Assembly (NCBI GenBank): GCA_030601665.1
Contig: JAUWBP010000001.1
Coordinates: 1 to 34,402 of the forward strand
From: Hadesarchaea archaeon
Lineage (GTDB): Archaea; Hadarchaeota; Hadarchaeia; Hadarchaeales; Hadarchaeaceae
Length of the DNA stretch: 34,402 nucleotides
Direction: 5' to 3'
Shown in pieces: positions 25,772 through 34,402 of this stretch (position 1 is its first letter; each line of letters opens with the position of its first letter). The notes under the pieces are model-generated. The model did not search any database and had not been told where the DNA came from. It saw only the letters and a list, made by a program, of their open reading frames with translations. The position numbers and the translations under genes are program-made.

Positions 25772-26245
25772 ATGGAATCCACATTCCGGAATGCAGTCGT
25801 GAACACGTTCGTGCACGCGACTGAGGACGAACAGCGCGTGCTCAGTGCTTTGAGAACTTTGCTGCCTGAGGGGGTCGTAGTCCGTCGGTTGGAGCTCCAA
25901 GGTCACCACGGTAACCCAATTGTAAACCTAGATGCAAAGGTTGGGCAGAGGAAGCTTCTGCGCGAACTCTGGCAGCGTGTTTCGACAAAGCTGCGTGCGG
26001 GTGAGCTAAAAAAGCTCGGCAAAATCGTGCCCGAGAGAGTCGATAAGAATTGCTTTTTTTATCTAAGGTTCGATAAGCAGCTAGCGCATGCAGGCGAACT
26101 TGTGTTCACCGAAAGCGGCGATGCCATTCACTTTAAACTGAAGGTCGCGGCCTACCCAGCCAAGCGTGAGGTCGCGGTGAAGTTACTTAAAGAGTTCATA
26201 GGGCAGGATCCCGATGAGGCAGAGGCGCAGGTACATCGCTTTTGA
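25772..26245 (+). CDS. COG1325/DUF54-type RNA-binding protein (predicted exosome-associated subunit)
   Basis: 157 aa. VNTFVHATEDEQRVLSALRTLLP... Its position between rpl15e and pop5 matches the published archaeal exosome superoperon. Confidence 0.65.
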   Translation: MESTFRNAVVNTFVHATEDEQRVLSALRTLLPEGVVVRRLELQGHHGNPIVNLDAKVGQRKLLRELWQRVSTKLRAGELKKLGKIVPERVDKNCFFYLRFDKQLAHAGELVFTESGDAIHFKLKVAAYPAKREVAVKLLKEFIGQDPDEAEAQVHRF

Positions 26246-26525
26246 GTTCATCGGCAGCGGGGCGGGTAAAGGTGATATCATGCGAGCGATTTCTCACTCC
26301 CTTTTAACCCACAACCCAGCATTCGATCGAAGGATGCTCAAGTTGGTTTTTCACGATGTCAGTTCGCGACAGGGTTTGTTGCGCTGCGAGTATAGACAGG
26401 TTGGCGAGCTCAAGGCGGCGATGGCAAGCACTAAAAAAATTGGTGGTAGGGAAGCATCGCTCGTGATATTGGGAGTTTCGGGTACACTCAAGGCAGCGAA
26501 GAGGAAATTCTTGGGTCCCGCTTAA
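26214..26525 (+). CDS. rnp2: RNase P protein component 2 (Pop5/Rpp14 homologue)
   Basis: MRQRRRYIAFEFIG... is a Pop5-type N-terminus. ~100 aa. 32-nt overlap with the upstream gene. Canonical superoperon position before psmA. Confidence 0.75.
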   Translation: MRQRRRYIAFEFIGSGAGKGDIMRAISHSLLTHNPAFDRRMLKLVFHDVSSRQGLLRCEYRQVGELKAAMASTKKIGGREASLVILGVSGTLKAAKRKFLGPA

Positions 26526-26531
26526 CCAAAG

Positions 26532-26541
26532 TATTATAAAT
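26532..26541 (+). promoter_or_regulatory. candidate TATA box for psmA and the downstream exosome genes
   Basis: TATTATAAAT lies ~55-60 nt upstream of the psmA ATG. GAGGTGG (26582-26588) is a ribosome-binding site 7 nt before the ATG. Confidence 0.4.
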
Positions 26542-26594
26542 GTTCCCGCTTTAGAAACAATAGTCACGATCATCATTTAACGAGGTGGAAATGT

Positions 26595-27347
26595 ATGGCA
26601 TTTATGCCGCCTGGAGCAGGCTACGATAGGGCAATCACCGTCTTTAGCCCTGACGGTAAGCTTTTCCAGGTTCAGTACGCCCAGGAAGCTGTGAAGCGGG
26701 GTCTAACAGCCTTGGGCATCAAGGTAAGCGAAGGCGTGGTTTTGGCAGCGGAAAAGAGAGTTCGGAGTAAGCTAGTGGAGGAAGTGTCGATTGAGAAGAT
26801 ATTCCAAGTGGACGAGCATATCGGAGCTGCAGCTTCTGGGCTGATCGCTGACGCTCGCGTGCTGATTGATCACGCGCGCCTCGAGGCGCAGATCAACCGC
26901 TTGCGTTACGATGAGCCGATTAGCGTGCAGGCGCTGGCGAAGCGCATCGGCGACATCAAGCAGCTCTACACCCAACATGGGGGCGTCAGGCCCTTCGGGG
27001 CTAGGTTGCTGATTGCCGGCGTCAACGCGAAGAGCGCTCACCTTTTCGAGACCGATCCTAGTGGCGTCGTTGCAGCATACAAATCCCAAGCGATAGGAGG
27101 TGGGGCTCCTACGGTCATCGAGTTTCTCGAGCGTCGCTACGACGAGAAGACGCCTCTCGATGACGTAGTTATCCTCGCTCTTGAGGCACTTCGGGCTGTA
27201 ATCGAGGGGGAGCTCGGCCCCGAAAAGGTGGAGATGGTAGTCATCCCGAGCGAGACTAAGCGTTTTGAGAAGCTTAGTTCCGAGGATTTGACTAAATCCA
27301 TAAAGCGAATGGGACCCAAGCCGCCAGCCAAGCCCGCCAAGGAGTAG
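26595..27347 (+). CDS. psmA: proteasome subunit alpha
   Basis: YDRAITVFSPDGKLFQVQYAQEAVKRG and full-length alpha-subunit similarity. Confidence 0.95.
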   Translation: MAFMPPGAGYDRAITVFSPDGKLFQVQYAQEAVKRGLTALGIKVSEGVVLAAEKRVRSKLVEEVSIEKIFQVDEHIGAAASGLIADARVLIDHARLEAQINRLRYDEPISVQALAKRIGDIKQLYTQHGGVRPFGARLLIAGVNAKSAHLFETDPSGVVAAYKSQAIGGGAPTVIEFLERRYDEKTPLDDVVILALEALRAVIEGELGPEKVEMVVIPSETKRFEKLSSEDLTKSIKRMGPKPPAKPAKE

Positions 27348-27353
27348 CGGGTT

Positions 27354-28046
27354 ATGGTAAGGCTTGAGGACGCAGTCATTGCGAGGTTGTCCAGTCAGGG
27401 CACGGTTTTTGAAGTGCTTGCCGACCCCGAGTTAGCTCTCGCCCTAAGAAATGGAGAAGAGATAGACATGCACCGTGTGCTCGCCAGCGACAAAATTTTC
27501 AAGGACTCCAAAAAGGGCGAGGCGGCCTCCGAAGAAATGATGAAGAAGGTTTTCGGCACGCTCGATGTGTTCAAAATCGCCGAACAGATAGTCCGAAAGG
27601 GCGAGGTCCAAGTGACCACCGAGCAGCGCCGCGAGATGCGTGAGCAGCGATGGAGGCAGGTGGTGACGCTCATCTCGAAGCGGGCCATAAACCCCAAGAC
27701 AGGCCTGCCTCATCCACCCGCGCGGATCGAGAGTGTACTAGCTGAGGCTAATGTACATGTCAATGAGTTCAAGAGCGCCGAGGAGCAACTCCCCGGCATC
27801 ATAAAGACACTGCTGCCGATTATCCCCCTAAAATTCGAGATACGAAGAATCGCAATCAAGATTCCCGCGAGCTACACGGGTAAAGCTCACCGGGTGGTGA
27901 GAGACTTTGCCACCGTCAAGCAGGAGCAGTGGCTTAACGATGGCTCCTGGACGGCGGTCGTGGAGATCCCCGCTGGCATCCAGGGGGAGTTCTTCGACAA
28001 GCTCAACAATCTGACTCGAGGAGAGGTAGAGACCAAGGTGTTATAA
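27354..28046 (+). CDS. sdo1: ribosome maturation protein SDO1 (SBDS family)
   Basis: 230 aa. AVIARLSSQGTVFEVLADPELAL...VLASDKIFKDSKKGEAASEE. Canonical position between psmA and rrp4. Confidence 0.88.
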   Translation: MVRLEDAVIARLSSQGTVFEVLADPELALALRNGEEIDMHRVLASDKIFKDSKKGEAASEEMMKKVFGTLDVFKIAEQIVRKGEVQVTTEQRREMREQRWRQVVTLISKRAINPKTGLPHPPARIESVLAEANVHVNEFKSAEEQLPGIIKTLLPIIPLKFEIRRIAIKIPASYTGKAHRVVRDFATVKQEQWLNDGSWTAVVEIPAGIQGEFFDKLNNLTRGEVETKVL

Positions 28047-28742
28047 ATGCTTTACATCCAAAATCGCGAGCTGGTCGTACCCGGACAGCTGATCGCCGAG
28101 GGAGGCTACAATGTGCGCGAGGGCGCGTTTCGGGAGGGCAAGCAGGTTTTCGCATCGGTCGTAGGGCTCGCAGAGCTACGCGGGCAAGATATCCGTATCA
28201 TCCCATTGCAGGGGCGCTACATCCCGAAGCCCGGCGATGTCGTAATAGGGGTGGTCGTAGATTCCTACTACTCGGGTTGGATCCTCGACATGAACTCACC
28301 CTACATGGGAAATCTTTTCGTTTCAGATTTGCTGCAACGAAAGGTCGACCTCGTCCGCGAGGACATCAGCCAATATCTCGGCATGGGGGACGTGGTAGTT
28401 GCGATGGTCAAAGATGTCGACGATCGGATGCGCGTCCAGCTCGAGGCGGGCGAGCCTGGGATGGGTCGGGTCAAGGGGGGCAAACTCGTCGAGATATCGC
28501 CTGCGAAGGTCCCCCGCGTGATCGGGCGAAAGGGCTCTATGCTCAACACCCTCCAGGATGTCGGCGAGTGCGAGTTGAGGGTCGGGCAGAACGGGCGGAT
28601 AATGATTTGGGGAAAGAACCCCCGCATGATTAACGCCGTTGTCGAGGCCCTGTTCATGATCGAGCGCGAGGCGCATATCTCCGGCTTGACCGATAGGGTG
28701 CACCTCATGCTTGAAAAGATAAAATCCGAAGGAGGGGAATGA
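28047..28742 (+). CDS. rrp4: exosome complex RNA-binding protein Rrp4 (S1 + KH)
   Basis: S1 region YIPKPGDVVIGVVVD...WILDMNSPY. KH motif KVPRVIGRKGSMLNTL. Confidence 0.9.
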   Translation: MLYIQNRELVVPGQLIAEGGYNVREGAFREGKQVFASVVGLAELRGQDIRIIPLQGRYIPKPGDVVIGVVVDSYYSGWILDMNSPYMGNLFVSDLLQRKVDLVREDISQYLGMGDVVVAMVKDVDDRMRVQLEAGEPGMGRVKGGKLVEISPAKVPRVIGRKGSMLNTLQDVGECELRVGQNGRIMIWGKNPRMINAVVEALFMIEREAHISGLTDRVHLMLEKIKSEGGE

Positions 28743-29465
28743 ATGAAAAAACCTGAAAAACTTATCAAGAACGGCAAGCGGCTCGATGGTCGAATGCCGG
28801 ATGAGTTGAGGCCGTTGAAGATAGAGGCGGGAATTTTGGAGCGGGCTGATGGGTCGGCATACGTCGAGCTTGGGGCTAACAAGGTACTCGCGGCGGTATA
28901 CGGGCCGCGGGAGATGCATCCACGCCACCGTCAGCAGCCGGATACGGCGGTGCTGCGATGCCGCTACAATATGGCCCCGTTCTCGGTGGATGAGCGGAAG
29001 CGCCCCGGGCCCGATAGGCGCTCGGTGGAGATATCGAAGGTGACGCGGGAGGCGCTCGAGCCCGTGCTGTTTCTTGAGCTCTACCCCCGCTCGGTAATAG
29101 ATGTCTTCATCGAGGTCCTACAGGCGGACGCGGGGACACGTACCGCGGGCATAAACGCTGCGGCTGTGGCACTAGCGGATGCAGGCGTTCCGATGCGCGA
29201 TATGGTTTCATCGATTGCAGTAGGGAAGGTAGACGGTACAATAGTGCTTGACTTGACCAAGGATGAGGATCAGTGGGGAACGACGGACATGCCAATAGCG
29301 ATGGTGCCTAGGAAGAAGCTGGTCACATTACTGCAGATGGACGGCCACTTCACCAAGGAAGAGTTCGGGCAAGCCTTGGGCCTCGCATTTAAAGCATGCG
29401 AGCAGATATACGGGATACAACGACAAGCCCTAAGAGATAAGTATGCGATTAAACAGGAGAAATGA
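28743..29465 (+). CDS. rrp41: exosome complex exonuclease Rrp41 (RNase PH-like, catalytic)
   Basis: [52 protein letters not shown]. Confidence 0.92.
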   Translation: MKKPEKLIKNGKRLDGRMPDELRPLKIEAGILERADGSAYVELGANKVLAAVYGPREMHPRHRQQPDTAVLRCRYNMAPFSVDERKRPGPDRRSVEISKVTREALEPVLFLELYPRSVIDVFIEVLQADAGTRTAGINAAAVALADAGVPMRDMVSSIAVGKVDGTIVLDLTKDEDQWGTTDMPIAMVPRKKLVTLLQMDGHFTKEEFGQALGLAFKACEQIYGIQRQALRDKYAIKQEK

Positions 29466-29468
29466 AGC

Positions 29469-30233
29469 ATGCACGAAATAGTTTCAAGTGTCAGGCGCGA
29501 TTACATCGCTGACCTCGTACGTCAGGGCAAGCGAATAGATACTCGAACGATGGATCAGTTTCGAGAGGTTTCGGTTGAGGTCGGTACGATAAAGAGCGCC
29601 CAAGGCTCAGCTCTTGTAAAGGTAGGCAAAACGCAGGTGGTGGCAGGCATTAAGGTTGAACACGCTGAGCCGTTCCCCGATAAACCAGATAGCGGGATGC
29701 TGATCGTTAACGCCGAACTCCTGCCTTTGGCATCGCCCACTTTCGAACCAGGGCGGCCCAGTGAAAACGCGATTGAGCTAGCTCGCGTGGTCGACCGAGG
29801 CATACGTGAGTCAAACGCGATTGACTTGGATAAGCTGGTGATAAAATCCGGTGAGGACGTCTGGGCGGTCTTCATCGACATCTATATGCTCGACTACGAC
29901 GGGAACTTGATCGACGTCTCGGCGCTCGCGGCGATAGCAGCGCTTCTGAACGCCAAGCCGCCAGAGGACGAGGCGTGGACACTGCCCGAGTTTCCAATCC
30001 AGAAAAGGCCCGTGGCGGTGACCGTGGCGAAGATCAACAGCAAGCTTATGGTTGACCCCTGTCTGGCCGAAGAAGGAGTAATGGAAGCACGCATAACCAT
30101 AACGACGATTGAGGACGGCAGCATATGCGCGGTGCAGAAGGGCGGCATCGGGTGCTTCTCGCGGGAGGAACTGGAGCAGGCTTACGAGATGGCCCGGGCG
30201 GAGGGAGCGGAGCTTAGAGCAAAACTGGGGTGA
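29469..30233 (+). CDS. rrp42: exosome complex component Rrp42 (RNase PH-like, non-catalytic)
   Basis: GKRIDTRTMDQFREVSVEVG, AQGSALVKVGKTQVVAGIK, IDIYMLDYDGNLIDVSALAAIAAL. Confidence 0.9.
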   Translation: MHEIVSSVRRDYIADLVRQGKRIDTRTMDQFREVSVEVGTIKSAQGSALVKVGKTQVVAGIKVEHAEPFPDKPDSGMLIVNAELLPLASPTFEPGRPSENAIELARVVDRGIRESNAIDLDKLVIKSGEDVWAVFIDIYMLDYDGNLIDVSALAAIAALLNAKPPEDEAWTLPEFPIQKRPVAVTVAKINSKLMVDPCLAEEGVMEARITITTIEDGSICAVQKGGIGCFSREELEQAYEMARAEGAELRAKLG

Positions 30234-30237
30234 ACGT

Positions 30238-30501
30238 GTGCCTCGGGCAAAGAAAGTTAGCTCCCCGGGGGGGCTTGGTCCGCGTTATGGCACGAAGATA
30301 CGAAAGCTCGTGCTTGAGGTGGAGCGCAAGCTCCGGAAGCGCTACAGGTGCCCGAGCTGTGGAGCGGTAAAAGTCAAGCGTGTGGACGTCTCGATCTGGC
30401 GATGTGGGCGTTGTGGAGCAAAGTTTGCTGGCGCGGCATATTCACTATCAGCGCTGGCCGCGGTGCCGAAGAGGGAGACGCCGATTGAGGAGGAGAGTTA
30501 G
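30238..30501 (+). CDS. rpl37ae: 50S ribosomal protein L37Ae
   Basis: (V)PRAKKVSSPGGLGPRYGTKIRKLVLEVERKLRKRYRCPSCGAVKVKRVDVSIWRCGRCGAKFAGAAY. GTG start 4 nt after the rrp42 stop. The listed ORF start (30109) lies inside rrp42. Confidence 0.88.
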   Translation: MPRAKKVSSPGGLGPRYGTKIRKLVLEVERKLRKRYRCPSCGAVKVKRVDVSIWRCGRCGAKFAGAAYSLSALAAVPKRETPIEEES

Positions 30502-30633
30502 GTGTTGAGATGCAGCAATTGCGGAAGGCAAATAGAGAAACTCCCTGAAGGGCGCGTGAGATGCCCCCATTGTGGGTCCCGCATGCTATTTAAACCCCGT
30601 CCTGATGTGGTCCGTAAAGTCAGGGCGAGGTAA
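30502..30633 (+). CDS. rpoP: DNA-directed RNA polymerase subunit P (Rpo12)
   Basis: Unlisted 43-aa ORF (V)LRCSNCGRQIEKLPEGRVRCPHCGSRMLFKPRPDVVRKVRAR, with a CxxC...CxxC Zn ribbon. It abuts the rpl37ae stop and the brix ATG. Confidence 0.8.
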   Translation: MLRCSNCGRQIEKLPEGRVRCPHCGSRMLFKPRPDVVRKVRAR

Positions 30634-31164
30634 ATGCTAATCTCCACTTCAAGGCGCCCAGGACATCGCACGAGAATTTTATGCAGGGAACTCACACGGG
30701 TCCTTCCAAATGCGACCTATGTGCCGCGCGGGGCAAAAACAATAAGTAAACTAACCTCGCTCGCCAGCTCGCTCGGTCACGATCGCGTGATGGTCGTGAA
30801 TAGCCTCGTAGGAAGACCCATGGAGCTACGATTTCTGGCCGTTGGCCAAGGCTGGCGATGGCTCGACGCGCGGGTTGAGTTGGGTGAGGTCAAGCTCCAG
30901 CGAGACCTCAAGCAGAAGACCAAACTCGAAGGGACAAAATTTTGCGCCGAAGGCCCAAAGGCGCGGAATCTTGCAAATTTTCTAGGTGAGTTGTTAAACT
31001 TACCCATCTTGAGTAAGCTGCCAAATGCCGGGGGGGTTGTCCTAATAACTTCCGACGATGAGCTTCAGCTCCAATTCCAGCTCAGACCGAGCTCCGAGGC
31101 GATCGGGCCGGTACTCCAAATAGCGAGTTTCGGGCGATTGCATGGTGAAAGCGGAGCGAGCTAG
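30634..31164 (+). CDS. Brix-domain (Imp4-like) ribosome biogenesis protein
   Basis: MLISTSRRPGHRTRILCRELTRVLPNATYVPRGAKT is typical of the archaeal Brix protein. Confidence 0.85.
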   Translation: MLISTSRRPGHRTRILCRELTRVLPNATYVPRGAKTISKLTSLASSLGHDRVMVVNSLVGRPMELRFLAVGQGWRWLDARVELGEVKLQRDLKQKTKLEGTKFCAEGPKARNLANFLGELLNLPILSKLPNAGGVVLITSDDELQLQFQLRPSSEAIGPVLQIASFGRLHGESGAS

Positions 31165-31402
31165 CGCAAGCGTCGAGTTCGCCTTCAAGAGCGCGCGCGA
31201 GGCTGGGGCAGTACAGCGGGCGCTTAGGCCCGAGGAAGCGTTGCCAGCTTCGACGCGGTGCAGGGTGAGCATCCGACGCAGGAAAAACGTTTTATGTCTG
31301 CAGATAGATGCAGAAGATACAGCAGCCCTACGTGCAGCGCTGAATTCGTTCCTCCGGTGGACGATTGTCGCGCGCGATGTAATCGAATCAAAGGGAAAAT
31401 AA
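31142..31402 (+). CDS. pcc1: KEOPS subunit Pcc1
   Basis: ASVEFAFKSAREAGAVQRALRPE...LCLQIDAEDTAALRAALNSFLRWTIVARDV is the Pcc1 signature. Canonical position before pfdB. Confidence 0.85.
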   Translation: MVKAERASASVEFAFKSAREAGAVQRALRPEEALPASTRCRVSIRRRKNVLCLQIDAEDTAALRAALNSFLRWTIVARDVIESKGK

Positions 31403-31768
31403 ATGGAAAAGCCATCACCTCAGCTGCGCCATCAGCTCGCGCAGTTTCGGCAGGCCCAGCAGCAGGCCCAAGTGTTGATGACGCAACGACAGCAGCTCGA
31501 GCTACTCTTACGGGAGACCGAGCGGGCCCTCGAGGAGTTAGGGAAACTCCAAGAGAGCGCCACGGTCTACAAGAGCGTGGGGACCATCTTGGTCAAGTCG
31601 GAGCGAGATGAGCTTAAAAAGAGCCTTGGTGAGCAGAAGGAAACCCTTGACCTGCGAATTAAAACGCTCGAGCGCCAGGAGGAACGTATTGTCCAACGCC
31701 TGCGAGAGATGCGCGAAAAGCTCGAGGAGGCCCTAAAGGGCAAGCTGCCTAGCGAAGAGGCGTCTTAG
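31403..31768 (+). CDS. pfdB: prefoldin subunit beta
   Basis: 121 aa: coiled coil, beta hairpin (VYKSVGTILVK), coiled coil. Confidence 0.88.
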   Translation: MEKPSPQLRHQLAQFRQAQQQAQVLMTQRQQLELLLRETERALEELGKLQESATVYKSVGTILVKSERDELKKSLGEQKETLDLRIKTLERQEERIVQRLREMREKLEEALKGKLPSEEAS

Positions 31769-31781
31769 TTTAAGTGAAATT

Positions 31782-32765
31782 ATGAAGGAGCTGGCTAATT
31801 TTTTGGCCGGGGCTGCCGAGCGTGGGCAGCAAATCCTAGTGCTATGTCACCATAATGCCGACCCCGATGCTGTCGCCAGCGCGATCGTGCTCACCGAGGT
31901 CCTCAATCGCTTGGGCGCGCGGGCCAAAGCTGGGGTTTCTGAGAGCATCAGTCTCATCTCCCAGAACCTCCTGAGGGCGTTCGGGCGGGAGATCGCGATA
32001 AACCCCCCATTGGAAGCAGGTCTTGTTGTACTCGTCGATACCTCAAGCTTGGAGCACCTCGGCAAGCTTGGGGAACAACTCGAACAAAAGGCGCCAAAAT
32101 TAGTGGTGATCGACCACCACCGCCCGGTCGAGGCGATGAAACAACTGGCGAGCTTTTATTTCGTCCAAGAGGAGTTTGCATCCGAGTCGGAACTTATCCT
32201 GCAGCTCGTTCGGAAGCTGGGTGCGGAGCCTACTCCGGAGGGGGCATCCTTGTTGCTTGCAGGCATCATAAGCGACACCGCTCACTTCAGGTTCGCGAAG
32301 GATCAAACCTTCGAGGCAGTCAACTCTCTCATAAAGGCAGGTGTTAATTACAGGCGCGTGCTGGAGGCGCTTAGGCTACCCGAGGATCCCTCGAAGCGGG
32401 TCGCGATGCTAAAGGCCGCGCAGCGGGTGGAGCTGCGTCGGATTCACGGGCGATTGGTAGTCCTCTCCGAGTTGGGGTCCTTCGAGGGCGACGCGGCGTC
32501 GATGTTGGTGCGAATCGGGGCAGATGTGGCGATCGTTGGTTCGGAAGAGAAAGGCAGGATAAGGCTTAGCGGACGTGCACGCCAAGAGATTTTGAAGACA
32601 TTAGGGTTTCATTTGGGTGAGCTCATGGAGGAGCTCGGGAAGCAATTTGGGGGCAGCGGGGGCGGACACGCAGGTGCCGCGAGCATGAACGGCGAGGGAG
32701 AGCTAGGGGAAGCCAAAAAATATCTGTTCAAGGCCCTTCAGCAGAAGTTGAAACCGAAGGAATGA
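31782..32765 (+). CDS. DHH-DHHA1 phosphoesterase (NrnA-like nanoRNase/pAp phosphatase size class)
   Basis: VLCHHNADPDAVASAIVL, LVDTSS, VVIDHHRP, GIISDTAHFRF, GGGHAGAASMNG. 327 aa. Confidence 0.8.
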   Translation: MKELANFLAGAAERGQQILVLCHHNADPDAVASAIVLTEVLNRLGARAKAGVSESISLISQNLLRAFGREIAINPPLEAGLVVLVDTSSLEHLGKLGEQLEQKAPKLVVIDHHRPVEAMKQLASFYFVQEEFASESELILQLVRKLGAEPTPEGASLLLAGIISDTAHFRFAKDQTFEAVNSLIKAGVNYRRVLEALRLPEDPSKRVAMLKAAQRVELRRIHGRLVVLSELGSFEGDAASMLVRIGADVAIVGSEEKGRIRLSGRARQEILKTLGFHLGELMEELGKQFGGSGGGHAGAASMNGEGELGEAKKYLFKALQQKLKPKE

Positions 32766-32769
32766 TCGG

Positions 32770-33696
32770 ATGGTAATTTCTGCTCGTGAGCTTGCAGAGC
32801 TCGAGCGTGCGGGCTATCGATTCGTCGGCAAACACAAACACGGCGCGGTCAAAGTCTGTCATTGGACGCGAAAAAGCTTGCTCCAGCGAGGGTCTTGCTA
32901 CAAAGAGCAGTTCTATGGGCGAGAGCTTGGCATGCGAAGCCATCGCTGCCTGCAGTTCACACCCAGCTTGCCGTTTTGCGATCACCGTTGCATCTACTGT
33001 TGGCGGAACATCAACGTGACCCACTCTGACTGGGTTGGTGAGGTCGATGAGCCGGCAGATATTTTGGACGGAGCAATTTCAGCGCATAGAAAGCTGCTTA
33101 ACGGGTTCGGCGGCAACCCCAATGTCAACAAAAATAAGCTTAAGGAGGCTCAGGAGCCAAAACACTGCGCGATTTCTTTAGCTGGTGAGCCGACCCTCTA
33201 TCCCAAAATAAATGAATTAGTTGAGGAGTGTAGCAGGCGAGGAATGACGAGTTTTTTGGTTACAAATGGCATGCACCCAGAAGTCTTGGAACACCTTTCT
33301 GAGCCCACGCAGCTTTACATCTCGGTCGTTGCCCCCGATCTCGAAACCTACGAGGCGGTTTGCCAACCAACCGTTCCCGATGGCTGGGGGCGGCTGAACC
33401 GAAGTCTCGAGCTCATGCCATCATTCACGTGCAGAAAAGTCATCCGTCTGACGCTGGTCAAGGGGCTCAACTTTAAGGATGCTCTTAGATACGCGAGGTT
33501 CATCGAAAAGGCCGCGCCAGATTTTATCGAGGCGAAAAGTTATATGTGGGTTGGGTACTCGCGCAAAAGACTAGCTATGGAGAACATGCCCCTGCACGGC
33601 GAGGTGAGGGAGTTTTCTGAGGCTCTGGCGCGCGAGACGGGCTACAAGTTGGTTGATGAGTCCAAAGTCAGTCGCGTCGTCTTGCTGAAGGGCTAA
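32770..33696 (+). CDS. taw1: tRNA 4-demethylwyosine synthase (TYW1/Taw1, radical SAM)
   Basis: HGAVKVCHWTRKSLLQRGSCYKEQFYG, radical SAM CDHRCIYCWR, ISLAGEPTLYP, YMWVGYSR. Confidence 0.88.
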   Translation: MVISARELAELERAGYRFVGKHKHGAVKVCHWTRKSLLQRGSCYKEQFYGRELGMRSHRCLQFTPSLPFCDHRCIYCWRNINVTHSDWVGEVDEPADILDGAISAHRKLLNGFGGNPNVNKNKLKEAQEPKHCAISLAGEPTLYPKINELVEECSRRGMTSFLVTNGMHPEVLEHLSEPTQLYISVVAPDLETYEAVCQPTVPDGWGRLNRSLELMPSFTCRKVIRLTLVKGLNFKDALRYARFIEKAAPDFIEAKSYMWVGYSRKRLAMENMPLHGEVREFSEALARETGYKLVDESKVSRVVLLKG

Positions 33697-33719
33697 GCAA
33701 CCTCGAGCGGAAGCATGCG

Positions 33720-33740
33720 ATAACGAAGGCGCGTTATTTT
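33720..33740 (+). terminator. weak hairpin plus T-run after taw1
   Basis: ATAACG (33720-33725), loop AAGGCG, CGTTAT (33732-33737), then TTT. A further T7 run lies at ~33798-33804. Confidence 0.3.
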
Positions 33741-33889
33741 AAGACAAACATTTTGAGGGTGAGCAAGGAGTTCGGGGGCGGTGGGTGAAGCTGGGGCTTT
33801 TTTTCTTTTGTGAGGTGACTGAGTTCATTTGTCGCTGTTACCTACATTCTTCTATTCGCAAGCCTTGAATAGGTCGGTCGCCTAGGTAG

Positions 33890-34402
33890 ATGGGGATAGA
33901 CTTGAGGGAAATGCTTGAACGAATGCGCAAGCACTTCGATGCCAAAGGGGAGCTTAGGGAGCGGATACTTGACGCCTCGCGAGAGGTCATCAGGGCTTCC
34001 GCCCGGGCTATAGCCGCGACCCATCGGGGAGACCGATCGAGCGCCGATGAACTCTTAACGAATGCTCGCGATGCACTTGCAACTCTCACGGAGGCTGTGA
34101 AGGCTGAGCCCCACTTGGCTGATTCCGGCATCATCCTCATGGCTTACCAGGAATACGGCGAGGCCATGCTAGTTCAGGCACTAATCCGAGATGGAAAACT
34201 ATTGACGCCCGAGGAGCTTGGCATCCCCTACAAACCCTACCTCGCGGCCCTCGCCGATGCCGCGGGTGAGCTCAGGCGGCACACGCTTGACTTGATAAGG
34301 GCAGACGAGGTTGATCGAGCGGAGCAAGCGCTCAAGTTCATGGAGGAAATCTTTGAGCTGCTTATGGAGTTCGACTACCCGGACGCTATTTTACCCGGGA
34401 TG
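33890..34402 (+). CDS. translin-family protein, 3'-partial (runs off right edge)
   Basis: The ORF is not in the track because no stop is reached. MGIDLREMLERMRKHFDAKGELRERILDASREVIRASARAIAATHRGD...YQEYGEAMLV...YLAALADAAGELRRHTLDLIR is an all-helical translin/TRAX-like pattern. An in-frame TAG directly precedes the ATG. Confidence 0.65.
   Translation, partial: MGIDLREMLERMRKHFDAKGELRERILDASREVIRASARAIAATHRGDRSSADELLTNARDALATLTEAVKAEPHLADSGIILMAYQEYGEAMLVQALIRDGKLLTPEELGIPYKPYLAALADAAGELRRHTLDLIRADEVDRAEQALKFMEEIFELLMEFDYPDAILPGM

Noticed and set aside
30109-30237. N-terminal extension of the listed 130-aa ORF containing L37Ae.
   Set aside because: It lies inside rrp42 in another frame. L37Ae homology begins at GTG 30238.
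33745-33889. Possible small RNA (C/D-box-like GTGAGGTGACTGAG, G-rich stretch followed by T7) in the 193-nt spacer before the translin-like gene.
   Set aside because: There is no proper C box (RUGAUGA) paired with a terminal D box, and no convincing terminal stem or k-turn. The T-runs are more simply terminator or promoter elements.

Overview
Archaeal chromosome segment, mid-50s % G+C by spot counts, made of tightly packed and mostly plus-strand housekeeping genes. Left to right: a 5'-partial membrane H+-pyrophosphatase; the rpoE'-spt4-DPCK-rps24e-rps27ae operon; a minus-strand coiled-coil gene and a minus-strand tungstate/molybdate ABC operon; a TRAM protein; kae1-bud32-rdgB-rps15; two tandem RecJ/Cdc45-like DHH genes, a small orphan, a Clp1 kinase and a Pcc1 paralogue; minus-strand serS; rps3ae; glmM plus a glmU-like gene; a small conserved protein, a YchF-type GTPase and a B12-radical SAM protein; a PGDH-like dehydrogenase. 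The classical archaeal exosome superoperon follows (rpl15e, COG1325, pop5, psmA, sdo1, rrp4, rrp41, rrp42, rpl37ae, rpoP, brix, pcc1, pfdB), then a third DHH protein, taw1 and a 3'-partial translin-like gene. I saw no rRNA, convincing tRNA, CRISPR array, transposase or integrase. The strongest anomaly is a 222-bp insertion of about 35% G+C that is stop-free and in-frame, sits exactly in the middle of the tiny elongation factor Spt4, and has imperfect terminal inverted repeats. It may be a translated MITE/RPE-like selfish element or a grafted mini-domain. Other observations: a decayed N-terminal relic of soluble pyrophosphatase wedged between hppA and rpoE; two minus-strand islands of about 40% G+C (wtpCBA and serS) in a 55-70% G+C context; a 70-aa K/P/E-rich tail on S24e that overlaps the rps27ae start; and a possible nucleic-acid end-processing cluster. 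All calls come from reading the translations and DNA by eye; no searches were run.
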